This document shows positions 12,655 to 26,155 of a stretch of DNA of 63,908 nt, in pieces. Origin of the DNA: Octopus bimaculoides (Eukaryota); NCBI RefSeq assembly GCF_001194135.2, contig NC_068994.1, positions 15,003,598 to 15,067,505 on the forward strand, in the 5' to 3' direction. Each line of letters opens with the position of its first letter. The stretch's first letter is position 1. A program made the position numbers and the translations under genes. The notes beneath the pieces were generated by a model that was not told the DNA's origin, did no database searches, and was given only the letters and a program-made list of their open reading frames with translations.

Positions 12655-13500
12655 GCTAGAGAAATGTGGAAAGTAACGACTGAGCTGAGAGAGGCGGAAG
12701 AGAAAGAAAGCTGGATTAGATAAAAATAGATAGACCGGAGATTGACACAGAGAAAGGCAGACAGACAGACAGCTGGGGATAGGGTGGAGTGAGAAAGAGA
12801 GAAAATTATCAGACAAGAATGTTGGTGAAACAAGTTGTCAGGCAAGCAGACACTGAAATATAAAGAGTGATGAAAGAAAGAGTGAGAGAGGATGAGACAG
12901 CACTAGAAAGTAATAAAGTAGGGGAGGAGGGTGGAAATAAGAGCTCTACAATAGAGAGGTAACAATAGAATGCATGTGTGTGTGTGTGAGTGAGAGAGAG
13001 TGGGAGAGAAAGAGAGAGATTCAGGCAGGATATCAAAGTGTAAGTGTAGGAGGGAAGCATTGGCAACTTAGCAAGAAGCAGTGGAGGCAGATTTTGATTG
13101 AAAGTAAAGACAGGGAACAAGATGTAGAGGGAGGGGAGAAAATAACATAAGTGAGAATAATGAAGGAGAGTGAGGGTGGGGGTGAGATTGTGAAAGCAAG
13201 GAAGTAAAGAGCCAACTTTCCAGAGTAATTGCAAGTCAAACAGACAAAGGAAGTTCTCTGTCACAGAGAAACTGCTCAACTTCGATCTGAATAAAAGCAG
13301 ATGAAGATTATCACAAGACGTCAAATGCTCAATGTAATTTAGAGAGAAGCAGTAGTAGTAGCAGTAGTGCAGTAAAATAACACAAGAAGTAAAGCACAAA
13401 ATAAAAAAAGATTAAGAAGAACTGTAGAAAGACAAAAGTAAAACACAAGAGCAAAAAAAGGAACAAGGCTTGAAGTAGAAAGATTGAGAATTACTGAAAG
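12655..13500 (+). repeat. Degenerate purine-rich low-complexity tract
   Basis: A/G skew; explains the S/L/F-rich minus-strand ORFs. Confidence 0.75.
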
Positions 13501-13907
13501 GATACAGAAATAAACCCCATCACTTTTGACATGGACTATGCTTGTGGAAAGTATAATCAATATATAATACGACATGCACACACACACACACACACAGAGA
13601 CACACATGTATAATTTCAGTTAATAAGCTTACCTTGTAATTAATGATTTCTNNNNNNNNNNNNNNNNNNNNNNNNNNNNNNNNNNNNNNNNNNNNNNNNN
13701 NNNNNNNNNNNNNNNNNNNNNNNNNNNNNNNNNNNNNNNNNNNNNNNNNNNNNNNNNNNNNNNNNNNNNNNNNNNNNNNNNNNNNNNNNNNNNNNNNNNN
13801 NNNNNNNNNNNNNNNNNNNNNNNNTATAATCAATATATAATACGACATGCACACACACACACACACACACAGAGACACACATGTATAATTTCAGTTAATA
13901 AGCTTAC

Positions 13908-14024
13908 CTTGTAATTAATGATTTCTTTTTCATCTGTAACCAATAATTCTCTGTCAACAAAGAATTCAACAGGCTTCTGGCGGCTGTTACTTATGCCAAC
14001 TTTGTCAATAAGGGGTTTGAAATT
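13908..14024 (-). CDS. JMJD1C: Next coding exon (117 nt, phase 0/0) of the KDM3/JMJD1C-family gene
   Basis: Translates NFKPLIDKVGISNSRQKPVEFFVDRELLVTDEKEIINYK, continuing directly after WPAL as in recalled vertebrate TFKPLVERN...AVEFLVDKQL (JMJD1C) and TFTPLVDKLG...PVEYLLDREL (KDM3B). Acceptor ttttcctattgtgcAG; donor AAG|GTAAGC. Confidence 0.87.
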
Positions 14025-14319
14025 CTGCACAATAGGAAAATAGAATGACAAAGTAAAAACAAATTTCAAAAGCTTTGATTATCAGAACAATGTCTGAAAG
14101 AAATACTCATTATAAACATGTGTCTGTCTATATTTGAAAGGGTTGTAAACATAAGAAAAAAAAAAAAAAAATTTAATGAAGCCAGTGTGATAAATTGGGT
14201 TTCAAAAATATGTAAAATTAATTGACAGGTGCTTGAAAATTACCAAATAAAAAAAATTACTGGAATAATACTTAATAAAGATGATGACTGGAAACAAATG
14301 TGTCATTCATAGCAATTCT

Positions 14320-15035
14320 TTTCTCTTTTATTCATTTCTGTCCAATGTCTGTAGCCATGCTGGGGCACCACCTTGAAAGATTTAGTCAAACAGACTCCAG
14401 TCTCTGGTACTTATTCTATCAGTCTCTTGCTGAACTGCTAAGTTATAGGGGCACAAACACACCAACACCAGTTGTGAAGTGTGTGGAAGGGACAAACACA
14501 AAGTCACACACACATTGTTGTTGGCACTCCGTCGCTTACGACATCGAGGGTTCCGATCAACGGAACAGCCTGCTTGTGAAATTAACGTGCAAGTGGCTGA
14601 GCACTCCACAGACACGTGTACCCTTAACGTAGTTCTCGGGGGATATTCAGCGTGACACAGTGTGACAAGGCTGACCCTTTGAATTACAGGCACAACAGAA
14701 ACAGGAAGTAAGAGTGAGAGAAAGTTGTGGTGGAAGAGTACAGCAGGGTTCGCCACCATCCCCTGCCGGAACCTCGTGGAGCTTTAGGTGTTTTCGCTCA
14801 ATAAACACTCACAACGCCCGGTCTGGGAATCGAAACCGCGATCCTATGACCGCGAGTCTGCTGTTCTAACCACCGGGCCATTGTGCCTCCACTACACACA
14901 CATAGTTTCAGTCAACCAAATTCACTCACAGGCATTAGTCAGCCAGAGGCTATAGAAAACACTTGCCTAGGGTGTTACGCAATGAACTTGAATTTGAAAT
15001 CCCATGGATGCAAAGCAAGCATCTTAACCACACAA
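14320..15035 (-). mobile_element. Old SINE family A copy split by a family C insertion
   Basis: 3' half at 14320-14514 and 5' half at 14893-15035. Confidence 0.7.
14515..14892 (-). mobile_element. SINE family C (about 385 bp, tRNA head, GAGTGCCAACAAC tail)
   Basis: A box TGGCCCAGTGG, B box GTTTCGATTCC; very similar to three other copies. Confidence 0.92.
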
Positions 15036-16889
15036 AAAATATTTGTTCTACCTCAAAGTAAGTTGGAATTTTCCAACATATTCATATTTTTAGTTCCTCT
15101 CAACTAATATTCAATGAAAATTACATAATCTACACTGTATGTAAATATGATAAAGCCATTCAGCCAATAAACTTTCTCATCAAGAATAAGATGTTTTAAA
15201 TTTAATTCTTTACGATAGGATATTAAATTAGAAATCCTTTGACAGTATCAATAAATTTAGCAGAATTCAATAATACTGAGAATTCAATAATATTCTTGTG
15301 CACAACAGAGTAGTTCTTTGCAATGGATTCTATTTCAGTCACATCTCCAAAATTATTGCTATTGTTATACATCATATAAATATTTAATTTCATTCAAATT
15401 TCTGAAATTGTGGTTTAAATAGTAATATAATACTTTAGCGGTGCAATTAATATCTTATCACATATTTTTGCATATAAACCTTAATCTCGAACAACGTTTT
15501 CTGTTTGTTTTAATTAAACGTAACAATGGATAGAGTGGATTGTCGTGAAAATTCTATAAATCCAAAATCCAAGAGAAACTAAACAAAAACTAAAACTGAA
15601 CTTGAAAATATTTACATATTTGAAAATTTATCATGGACATAATAAATGTCACTAAATCTTTAAGTATCTTTTCTCTCTTACTGTTTCAGTCACTGGACTG
15701 TGACCATGCTGGGGCACTGCCTTGGAGGGTTTTAGCAGAACAAATCCATTCCATTACTTTTTTTTTGTTTAAGGTCTCTTTTGTTGAACCACTAAGTTAA
15801 GGGGACTTAAGTTAAGGTGGTCAAGCAGTGGGGGAGGGGAACAAATGCAATCACAGACACATACAGACATATAATGAGCTTCCACACAATTTCCTTCAAC
15901 CAAATTCATTCACAAGGCATTGATCAGCCCAGGGTTATACTAAAAGACACTCCAAGGTAAAGAATATTGTGACCAGAAAACTACAATAAATATGTCTTAA
16001 CTAGTGACAGATACAATAGCACAGTGCTGAATGAAGAGCACTTTTCAAAATAATAGGTGTTGTTTAGGGAATTTTAGCAGCAGTTAGTAGCAAAGAGAAA
16101 ATGTAATTTACTTTGAGTTAAGTTACGGTTTAGCTGAAGAAATATAACCATGAAATGCCAGTCATCTGTGAAGAACAAGCCAAAAATTTGACGAAATAAA
16201 AATATAGTGATGGTGTGCTTTGGAGGGTGAAAATTATGTTTGAATGTTTTTGGTCAAAGGCATTGCAATCAATACGTAGCATTATTATTAAAGAACAAAG
16301 ATGTTTAGAAAAGTCCCTTTCCTTCATTTATAGAAAGTGATCTGATATGCACAACAGGAGCTTTATGTAGAAGAAAAATTTTTTTTTAATAATTATAAAA
16401 TTTAGGCTCATAGCAATTGTTACTAATCTTGCCACAAGCATTGGATTATGTTTTACTTCACAGTTCAGTGAACTGTTCAGTTGTGAAGCACCTGCTTCAA
16501 TATTTTATGCAAATGTTGGAATTTACAAAATCACCTAATTCATTCTATCGTGGAAACAAACGCCAACAAATAAAAATAAAATTTATCATTAAAAAAAAAA
16601 TACTCATCTCCTTTTAGGTGATTAGAAATTACACAAAGTATTTAAGCAGTTAAAATCTTTCAAATTCAACTGAACCAAACAATTGTTAGCAAACATAATT
16701 GGTTTTTATACATTTTGCTTTGAATAAAAGTTGATTCATTGGCACTTTTTATCAACCATGAATCTTTTGTATCATTTCATATGTGAATGCAAGATCCAAA
16801 TAAGATCTACAATGGAACACTGCTCACACATTTACAATGGTACTGCTACAATAACTAAATAAAATAAATAAATAAATAAATAAAATAAA

Positions 16890-17225
16890 TAAACCTAGAC
16901 TGCATTCAAAAGAATGCTACCAAGATGACTGGAAAAAATTCTTTCACCAAGAAGCTCCAACCTCCATCCCACTATTGTACTGCCATCTCCCTACCTATTC
17001 TACTGCTACTACAAAAGTCTATACTCTACAAAATAACAGAGTGCACAACACTTCCACCAAAGCCCTCCCATCACAACCATCTCTCCTAATCCATTTTATG
17101 ATTCCCTCTCCCATCAGATTTCCATACTAACTACTGGAATTCCTTTCAAGCCCCTGTTTTCCCACAGACATTAAACTCATAACTGTTCAAACTGAATATC
17201 AATTTCATCAATTCTGTCTCAGAGA
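16890..17225 (+). mobile_element. CR1-group LINE 3' fragment
   Basis: LDCIQKNATKM...LQP and YWNSFQAPVFP resemble the CR1 C-terminal motifs LDRIQ.KA and LWNSLP..VFP. Confidence 0.6.
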
Positions 17226-18689
17226 ACCTATAAAAGTCATAGGCACAGCCCCCATCCTCCACTTGCAGAAATGAATATTAAACGATAGCTAGCTTAAATA
17301 AGAGCTATTTTTTTTACATCATGTAAAAATCAACTTAAACTTCAGAGTAAAAGAAGGAAAAAGAGCATATTAGCATCCTATGAGGAGAGGAAATGTCTAT
17401 TATTTTGGGCAGGATTCTTCATTGGAAAGTATAAATTCCAATGAAATGGCTCCCTTCAAGGGTTTTACTGATTCAGGTAACAAATTGGTAGAGTTGTTAG
17501 AGCATTGTATAGAATTCCTCACAGTATTTGTTGACACTGCACTCTGTGAGTTCAAATCCTGCAAAGATCAACATTGCCTTTCATCTTCTGAGGTTGATAA
17601 AAAAAAAGTATCAATCGAGGGCAAGGGATTGGTAGAACTGATACTACAGATGCATTGTAATATCTTTTCTGACTTTTTCTATTCGAACAGTAATACCTGT
17701 GGTAACTTAGGTGCTAAGCAGTATTGGCCCAAGTCAAGAGTTTTTCCCTTGGATAACAGAAGTATCATGGAGAGGTGAGATCTGCATGCATGGGGAGCTG
17801 CCAGTTTACCTAAAAAATCTGGCCCATAGCTTCACACATATATGTGCAGACACGTGGTCAATTCTGGCTAAGGCCAATGAAAGGCCTATCTAGCTAAAGT
17901 AAACTCGTTTCCTTTAATTGTAACGTAATCTTATTAAATTGCTTGGAAAAATTAAATAAAAGATCCTAATTGCCAATCATGGTATGACATTTTATCAATG
18001 TTTTTCACTTAATTTTTCCATTGAATTTTTTTCAATGCACTTTATAGATTTCCATATTTTAATTATTTCAGACAAATCTGATAAACTTGATAATAGAAAT
18101 AAATACATAAGTAGGTTTCAATATGATTCTTTTTCATAAGCTTTGTTATTCCAAACTTCATATTGTACAATGTGGTTTTGGCTGCCAAACCTACATACTG
18201 AAAGTTATGTTTGGTAGTTTAAGTGCTCCAAGTCTCCCCTAAGTTCAGAAAATTTAATTATTTTTTGTAAAACAGAATTCATATTCTAATTTTACAATAA
18301 CAGCATTCACTGATGAAGAAAATATATTTCAGTGAGATATTATCTTTGAAAGACAGCATCCATGACTTTTGGAAAAATTTTTGAATGCTCAGAATAGCAA
18401 ATGCTTCAAATAGACAACCCAAATTGGTTGATAGCTGTCAGGACATTGTGTCCTTCAAAACTTCTGTGTTTCCTCAAATTTTCTAACACTTCTGATATTC
18501 CTATGCACCCTTTTCTCTTTGTGGCATTTTTACTGTTCACTTTTCTTTCTTCTTATGTTTTGGCTGTCATTGCTGTCTTTCTTTACCTGACTTATTGCTG
18601 CTTTCTGTCCTCTTTGCTGCCATTTTCCAACAAGCTGTAGAGCACCTGAATATTGTATATGATAACATCATTATCATTTAAAATTTTTC

Positions 18690-19410
18690 GGCTGTGTGGT
18701 AAGTAGCTTGCTTACCAACCACATGGTTCCGGGTTCAGTCCCACTGCGTGGCACCTTGGGCAAGTGTCTTCTACTATAGCCTCGGGCCGACCAAAGCCTT
18801 GGGAGTGGATTTGGTAGACGGAAACTGAAAAAAGCCCGTCGTATATATGTATGTATATATATATATATATATGTATNNNNNNNNNNNNNNNNNNNNNNNN
18901 NNNNNNNNNNNNNNNNNNNNNNNNNNNNNNNNNNNNNNNNNNNNNNNNNNNNNNNNNNNNNNNNNNNNNNNNNNNNNNNNNNNNNNNNNNNNNNNNNNNN
19001 NNNNNNNNNNNNNNNNNNNNNNNNNNNNNNNNNNNNNNNNNNNNNNNNNNNNNNNNNNNNNNNNNNNNNNNNNNNNNNNNNNNNNNNNNNNNNNNNNNNN
19101 NNNNNNNNNNNNNNNNNNNNNNNNNNNNNNNNNNNNNNNNNNNNNNNNNNNNNNNNNNNNNNNNNNNNNNNNNNTATATATATATATATATATGTGTGTG
19201 TGTATATGTTTGTGTGTCTGTGTTTGTCCCCCCAACATCACTTGACAACCGATGCTGGTGTGTTTATGTCCCCGTAACTTAGCGGTTCGGCAAAAGAGAC
19301 CGATAGAATAAGTACTAGGCTTACAAAGAATAAGTCCTGGGGTCGATTTGCTCGACTAAAGGCGATGCTCCAGCATGGCCGCAGTCAAAGGATTGAAACA
19401 AGTAAAAGAG
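18690..19410 (+). mobile_element. SINE family A with gapped internal microsatellite
   Basis: Near-consensus head and tail. Confidence 0.9.
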
Positions 19411-20012
19411 TTGCATTTAGAAGAAATATAACAGTAAAAAGTGAGGGAAGGGGAGCGGAAAATAAAAGTTTATATAGAAAATACCGTAGGGGTACAATAA
19501 ATCTAAAAGTCATAATTTTTTGTCTGCTGGACACTGTTACCTAGATCTGTCAAATTCAGAAATTCACAGATGTTCATAAAGCAATTATATATTTAGAGAC
19601 TTCAACATTGTTAATTCAACAAGGAAGGATGTCAGTCTTCAAATTCACCACACACCCTTAAACAAGACAGAGCAATAAACCCTTCTTAAGGAACTTAAAG
19701 AAACAAATTAACACCTGCCCTAGGCAAGATGTGAGTCTAACCTATAGGACTGGGACACAAGATGGAATTATTATAACTGTTCAAGACACAGCAGAGGACA
19801 AAGCTAATTCAAGATGTAAATAAATATATATATTCGAAACGTCTGGATAGAATAGAGACAGCTGATGAAGGGATATTCCAAGTGGCTTTCCGTTTTCCTA
19901 TATGTTCGTTCCGTTGTCTGTAGTTTATTGTTCTAACGTCCTGTACCCTGATATGCATGTATATACACATGTAGATGTAAGTATGTACATATATGTNNNN
20001 NNNNNNACATAT

Positions 20013-20043
<31 letters not shown>

Positions 20044-20050
20044 CATATAT

Positions 20051-20207
20051 ACGACAGGCTTCTTTCAGTTTCCGTCTACCAAATCCACTCACAAGGCTTT
20101 GGTCGGCCCGAGGATATAGTAGAAGACACTTGCCCAAGGTGCCACGCAGTGGGACTGAACCCGGAACCATGTGGTTCGTAAGCAAGCTACTTACCACACA
20201 GCCACTC
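20051..20207 (-). mobile_element. SINE family A, 5' half
   Basis: Head and CORE-like segment only. Confidence 0.85.
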
Positions 20208-20933
20208 ATATATATATATACATTTACGCGCACACACGTGCGTGTGTATGTGTGTAAGATTTCTGTAGACATATGTCACAGCATAACTTACATTCCAAGT
20301 TACTTATCATAGGAAATAGGTCCTGTGATGGCCAATTGGCACAGTAAATACTTTCCCAGCATATTACTATAGTTATGCCAAGTTGGCACTTTGATGGATG
20401 AGGGTCTATGAAATCCAAAACTAAACATTTAGCCTGTATTTTACCAATATAAATTGCTAAAAGTGGCACCTCTCCTGGCACAAGTAAAACATGATAAATT
20501 TAAAGAACCTTCATTTATAATAAGAAAGCTGACACATTTAGTAGCTAATAGGGCATCTATTTTAAACACAATACAAAAGGTGGAGAAAATTGTTTAAAAA
20601 AATCTATAGAGGAAGAGGGCAAAAGTGATTTTGTAAAAAAACAAAAAAGAAATCTATGAAACTTTTATATTCTATTGTTTTTCCTCTCATCTTTCTTACA
20701 TTATATCTTAGTTATTTTTCATAATATGACTTATGTACTACACGTCATGTCATGGAATCGAGAATAACTAAGATATAAATTAACAATAATACATTTTTCG
20801 AAGCAATAATTTTGCATTGCCTAAATAAATCAATCTCAACAGTGTGCAAAGGTCACAGAACATTCTCTTCTTTCTTCAACTAGCTTACAAAAAAAATGAT
20901 TGAACAAATAAATAAATAAATAGTTAAAATATA

Positions 20934-21343
20934 GGCGCAGGAGTGGTTGTGTGGTAAGTAGCTTGCTTACCAACCACATGCTTCCGAGTTCAGTCCCACT
21001 GCGTGGCACCTTGGGCAAGGGTCTTCTACTATAGCCTCGGGCCGACCAAAGCCTTGTGAGTGGATTTGGTAGACGGAAACTGAAAGAAGCCCGTTGTATA
21101 TATGTATATATATATATATATGTATGTGTGTTTGTGTGTCTGTGTTTGTCCCCCCACCATTGCTTGACAACCGATGCTGGTGTGTTTATGTCCCCGTAAC
21201 TTAGCGGTTCGGCAAAAAGAGAATGATAGAATAAGTACTAGGCTTACAAAGTATAAGTCCTAGGGTCGATTTTCTCGACTAAAGGCAGTGCTCCAGCATG
21301 GCCGCAGTCAAATGACTGAAACAAGTAAAAGAGTAAAAGAGTA
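20934..21343 (+). mobile_element. SINE family A, full length
   Basis: GGCGCAGGAG head through AGTAAAAGAGTA tail. Confidence 0.9.
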
Positions 21344-21810
21344 TATGAAATAAATACTATAGTTTGAGATTTTGGAACCAGATTTTGCACTTTCTTACAT
21401 TCTAGAAACAAAGAGTTTTGAACGGTTAAAGCAGGCTTATCTCTCAATATCGTCGTAATTTCTGATAAAGTTATAATTTAAACCCCAGGTCAGTACTGAT
21501 TGAGTAGATCTATGATGAAAGGTATTTCTGCATTGATCAATCTAATTGTGTCCTTTTCTTTTTTAAGGGAGTAGTGCGTGTTCCGAGAGTGAATTTGCTA
21601 TTGGTTCTAGCAGGACAAGCAACAATATAGAATAGTTACGGACAAACTGTAGTCCACGGAACTTGCTGAAAAATGAAAAATTACTTGAATCTTTTAAGTA
21701 TTGTGGCCCATCTGATGATGAGTCATGGCCCACTTCTCAGAAAAAGTTGCTCAAATCTGAGGCAGAGTCTCGTCTCAGTCAGAGGAATTTGGACTAATTG
21801 ATAAACATAA

Positions 21811-22212
21811 CAGACATGGCTTTGTGGTAAGAAACTTGCTTCCCAACAACATGGTTCCAGGTTCAGTCCCACTGCATAGCATCTCCTACTACAGCTTTAG
21901 GCTAACCAAAGCCTTATGAGTGGATATGGTAGATGGAAACTGAGAGAAGCTTGTTCTTTTTATACACACACACATATCTGTGTGTGTGTGTGTTTTGTGT
22001 CTGTGTTTTGTCCCCCACCACCACTTGACAAGCATTATTGGTGTGTTTACATTCCCATAACTCAGTGGTTCAGCAAAGGTGATCGATAGAATAAGTCCCA
22101 GTTTAAAAAAAAAAAACAAGTAAGTTCTGAAGTCAGTTCATTAAGCTAAAAATTCTTCAAGGTAGTACTCCAGCATGGCCGCAGTCTAATGACTGAAACA
22201 AGTAACAGATAA
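21811..22212 (+). mobile_element. SINE family A, older subfamily
   Basis: Diverged head and tail, same architecture. Confidence 0.75.
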
Positions 22213-23507
22213 CACTTTAGGATTTATATATAATCCCATTCATTTCAGTTTGTCAGAGATGAAATAATATAAATACCTAGCACCTTTGAGTAAATAAAAT
22301 GGTTGATCTAATTAGATACATTTTGTGAATACATTTTTGTAAACAAGAGCATTGGATAATTAGTGAGACTTTTGCAAAGAAAATTAGTAAACTAAGCAGG
22401 GGAGTAGGTAGAAGAAATACAATAGGAAGTGCATAAGAGAATGCAGGTTCATAGTATGCTTTTATTTTGAATGTTTTAAAAGTGTAATCAATCAATGAAC
22501 AAAAACAGATAAGCATATGTGTGAGATGAATAAATGAATGACCTAATCAATGTTGATAGTGAACCATGGTGATTAGGATTCTAAAGAGTTGAACTAAATT
22601 AAAAACAAAAACTTTCTCATGTGTTTGATAACAATAGGCTTTCTCATACATGAAAAAAAAAAGGCAATTGTGTAATGTTTTAATAGTAAATTTCATATTT
22701 ATTTGCAAAAAAAAAAAAAAAAAAAATTGGGAACTGGGTTGGAAAAAGAAATTCATTAACTGAATTTGTAAATTTGGATCAGAGGGAGCTGAAAGGAATG
22801 AATTTTCAAAAGATCTGAGGCAGTATTGTTAAACTGATGGCGGAAAATAATTTAGGACATGAATGCATTAATAAAAACTAGTGGGACCCATGGAAATACC
22901 AGGGAATGAAAAAATTAAGAGGAGCTATTTAAGAAAGAAACAATGATTTGCATTTTTATTGCATACAAATTTTATTGTTGCCTGTGCAATAAATGATAGA
23001 AAAATATACAATAACAATCTATGCAATGCTTAGTACACATACCATTTGTTAGTACTTAATTCTATAGAAACTCCAAGATCACTATATAATTGCATATTCC
23101 TTATTATGTAATATTTTATCATTATTACTTTACATTATAAGCAATTAATGTACACAATGTTTTTATTCACATATTTAGTTTCAATTCCATTGCGTAACAG
23201 CATGGTTTGTAGAAGTGGCTATCTGCTATCTCTTTCACTCCCACCTCCTCTCTCTCTCTCACCCTAACTCCATTCTCTCTCTCTCACCCTCACTCCATTC
23301 CCTCTCTCTCTCTCTCTCTCTAACAAACTAAAGCATACTGTGTGAATGAACAAACAAGCAGAATTATAATATAGATAAGAAAAAGTGACTTAAATAAGCA
23401 AAAAAGGAAAATATAATTAATTAAAATAAGAGAAAAAAACATCCCTTTTATACATGTTTGAGGTTTAGAAGTTACCTCAGAGAGAAAATGAATATTTTTT
23501 ATCTCTG

Positions 23508-24157
23508 ATCTTTTACTCAATTCAGTCATACTGGGGCACCAACTTGAAGGGTTTTATTAAACAAATTGACCCTAGTACTTATTCTTTGTAAGCCTAGTAC
23601 TTATTCTATCAGTCTCTTTTTGCCCCCGCGATGGTGGGGGGACAAACACAGACACACAAACACACACACACACACACACACATACATACATACATACATA
23701 CATATATATNNNNNNNNNNNNNNNNNNNNNNNNNNNNNNNNNNNNNNNNNNNNNNNNNNNNNNNNNNNNNNNNNNNNNNNNNNNNNNNNNNNNNNNNNNN
23801 NNNNNNNNNNNNNNNNNNNNNNNNNNNNNNNNNNNNNNNNNNNNNNNNNNNNNNNNNNNNNNNNNNNNNNNNNNNNNNNNNNNNNNNNNNNNNNNNNNNN
23901 NNNNNNNNNNNNNNNNNNNNNNNNNNNNNNNNNNNNNNNNNNNNNNNNNNNNNNNNNNNNNNNNNNNNNNNNNNNNNNNNNNNNNNNNNNNNNTACGACA
24001 GACTTCTTCAGTTTCTGTCTACCAGATCCACTCACAAGGCTTTGGTCGGCTCGAGGCTATAGTAGAAGACACTTGCCCAAGGTGCTACGCAGTGGGACTG
24101 AACCCGGAACCATGTGGTTGGTAAGCAAGCTACTTGCCACACAGCCACTCCTGCACC
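23508..24157 (-). mobile_element. SINE family A with internal deletion and gap
   Basis: Homology to both ends of the consensus. Confidence 0.8.
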
Positions 24158-24198
24158 TATAAGTATATATATAAGTATATATATATATATAAGTATAT

Positions 24199-24235
<37 letters not shown>

Positions 24236-24928
24236 TCAGTTCTGTCTACCAACTCCACTCACAAGGCATTGGTCAGCCTGAAGACATTTGCCCATGGCTC
24301 CACATGGTGAGACTGAACCCAAGAGCATATTGTTGGGAAGCAGGCTTGTTAACCACACAGTCACACCTGCACCAATTTTAGCCAAAACATATTTTTAACT
24401 GAAGCGAAACAGTTCCAGTTGGTAACTAAAACCACAATCATGATTAGAAAAGATTTTCTTTAGAAAGTGTTTTTCTTTTTATCTTGTGTGTACATTAGCA
24501 TGTATGAATACTACGATATAGATTAGAGCTCCACATAGATTATTATTATCCAGTCAGCTTCCAGTATCGTGGTTAGTCTACCAGTGTACTTAGCAATTTA
24601 TATTTATCTTAATTTTTCCACTACATATTTTCTCTATATCACAACTACTAACACTGGAATGTTGTTTTTAATTGTTATTTTTTAAAAATTTTGTTATTAA
24701 GGAGTGAACTGATCTAAGTGTACCACTGTTATTTATTATACCAGAACAGATTCATTTGACTGCAAATGGCCTTTAAATGACTTAGTATAAATGCAAAGTA
24801 TAATGCAACATGAACTTTCATCAAAAGAATATTCAGGAAAAGAAATATTGATATATCTAAGCATTTGGTTTTCCTTGAAATGCATAAGCTACAATGTAAT
24901 AGAAATAAATATCCTAGCAAAAACAGCC

Positions 24929-24965
<37 letters not shown>

Positions 24966-26079
24966 AATAGATATAGATATAACTATTATAGCTGTAATTT
25001 ACAAGAGAAAACAAATGGAGCTTGATTATTCTGTATTATTGAAAAATTAAAATATTACAAAAATAATAATTTTCTTTAATAAAAGTCCTAAAATTTTTGA
25101 GAAAAATTGCAGGAAAATGTAGATTNNNNNNNNNNNNNNNNNNNNNNNNNNNNNNNNNNNNNNNNNNNNNNNNNNNNNNNNNNNNNNNNNNNNNNNNNNN
25201 NNNNNNNNNNNNNNNNNNNNNNNNNNNNNNNNNNNNNNNNNNNNNNNNNNNNNNNNNNNNNNNNNNNNNNNNNNNNNNNNNNNNNNNNNNNNNNNNNNNN
25301 NNNNNNNNNNNNNNNNNNNNNNNNNNNNNNNNNNNNNNNNNNNNNNNNNNNNNNNNNNNNNNNNNNNNNNNNNNNNNNNNNNNNNNNNNNNNNNNNNNNN
25401 NNNNNNNNNNNNNNNNNNNNNNNNNNNNNNNNNNNNNNNNNNNNNNNNNNNNNNNNNNNNNNNNNNNNNNNNNNNNNNNNNNNNNNNNNNNNNNNNNNNN
25501 NNNNNNNNNNNNNNNNNNNNNNNNNNNNNNNNNNNNNNNNNNNNNNNNNNNNNNNNNNNNNNNNNNNNNNNNNNNNNNNNNNNNNNNNNNNNNNNNNNNN
25601 NNNNNNNNNNNNNNNNNNNNNNNNNNNNNNNNNNNNNNNNNNNNNNNNNNNNNNNNNNNNNNNNNNNNNNNNNNNNNNNNNNNNNNNNNNNNNNNNNNNN
25701 NNNNNNNNNNNNNNNNNNNNNNNNNNNNNNNNNNNNNNNNNNNNNNNNNNNNNNNNNNNNNNNNNNNNNNNNNNNNNNNNNNNNNNNNNNNNNNNNNNNN
25801 NNNNNNNNNNNNNNNNNNNNNNNNNNNNNNNNNNNNNNNNNNNNNNNNNNNNNNNNNNNNNNNNNNNNNNNNNNNNNNNNNNNNNNNNNNNNNNNNNNNN
25901 NNNNNNNNNNNNNNNNNNNNNNNNNNNNNNNNNNNNNNNNNNNNNNNNNNNNNNNNNNNNNNNNNNNNNNNNNNNNNNNNNNNNNNNNNNACACACACAC
26001 ACACACACACACACACATTCTTTAACTCTTTTCCATGTTTCAGCTTTAAGGCTATGGTCATGCCAGTAAAAACATGAGC

Positions 26080-26152
26080 CTCCCCAACGAGGAACTGAAC
26101 CCCGGTCTCCAGCGTGACAAGCAGGGATCCTTACCACCATAACTACCATACA
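26080..26152 (-). pseudogene. tRNA-Asp(GUC) pseudogene, 5' acceptor strand lost
   Basis: TAGTTATGGTGGTAAGGATCCCTGCTTGTCACGCTGGAGACCGGGGTTCAGTTCCTCGTTGGGGAG is about 80% identical to the recalled eukaryotic tRNA-Asp from position 8 onward. GTC anticodon, no CCA, T5 run 7 nt downstream. Confidence 0.85.
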
Positions 26153-26155
26153 CAT

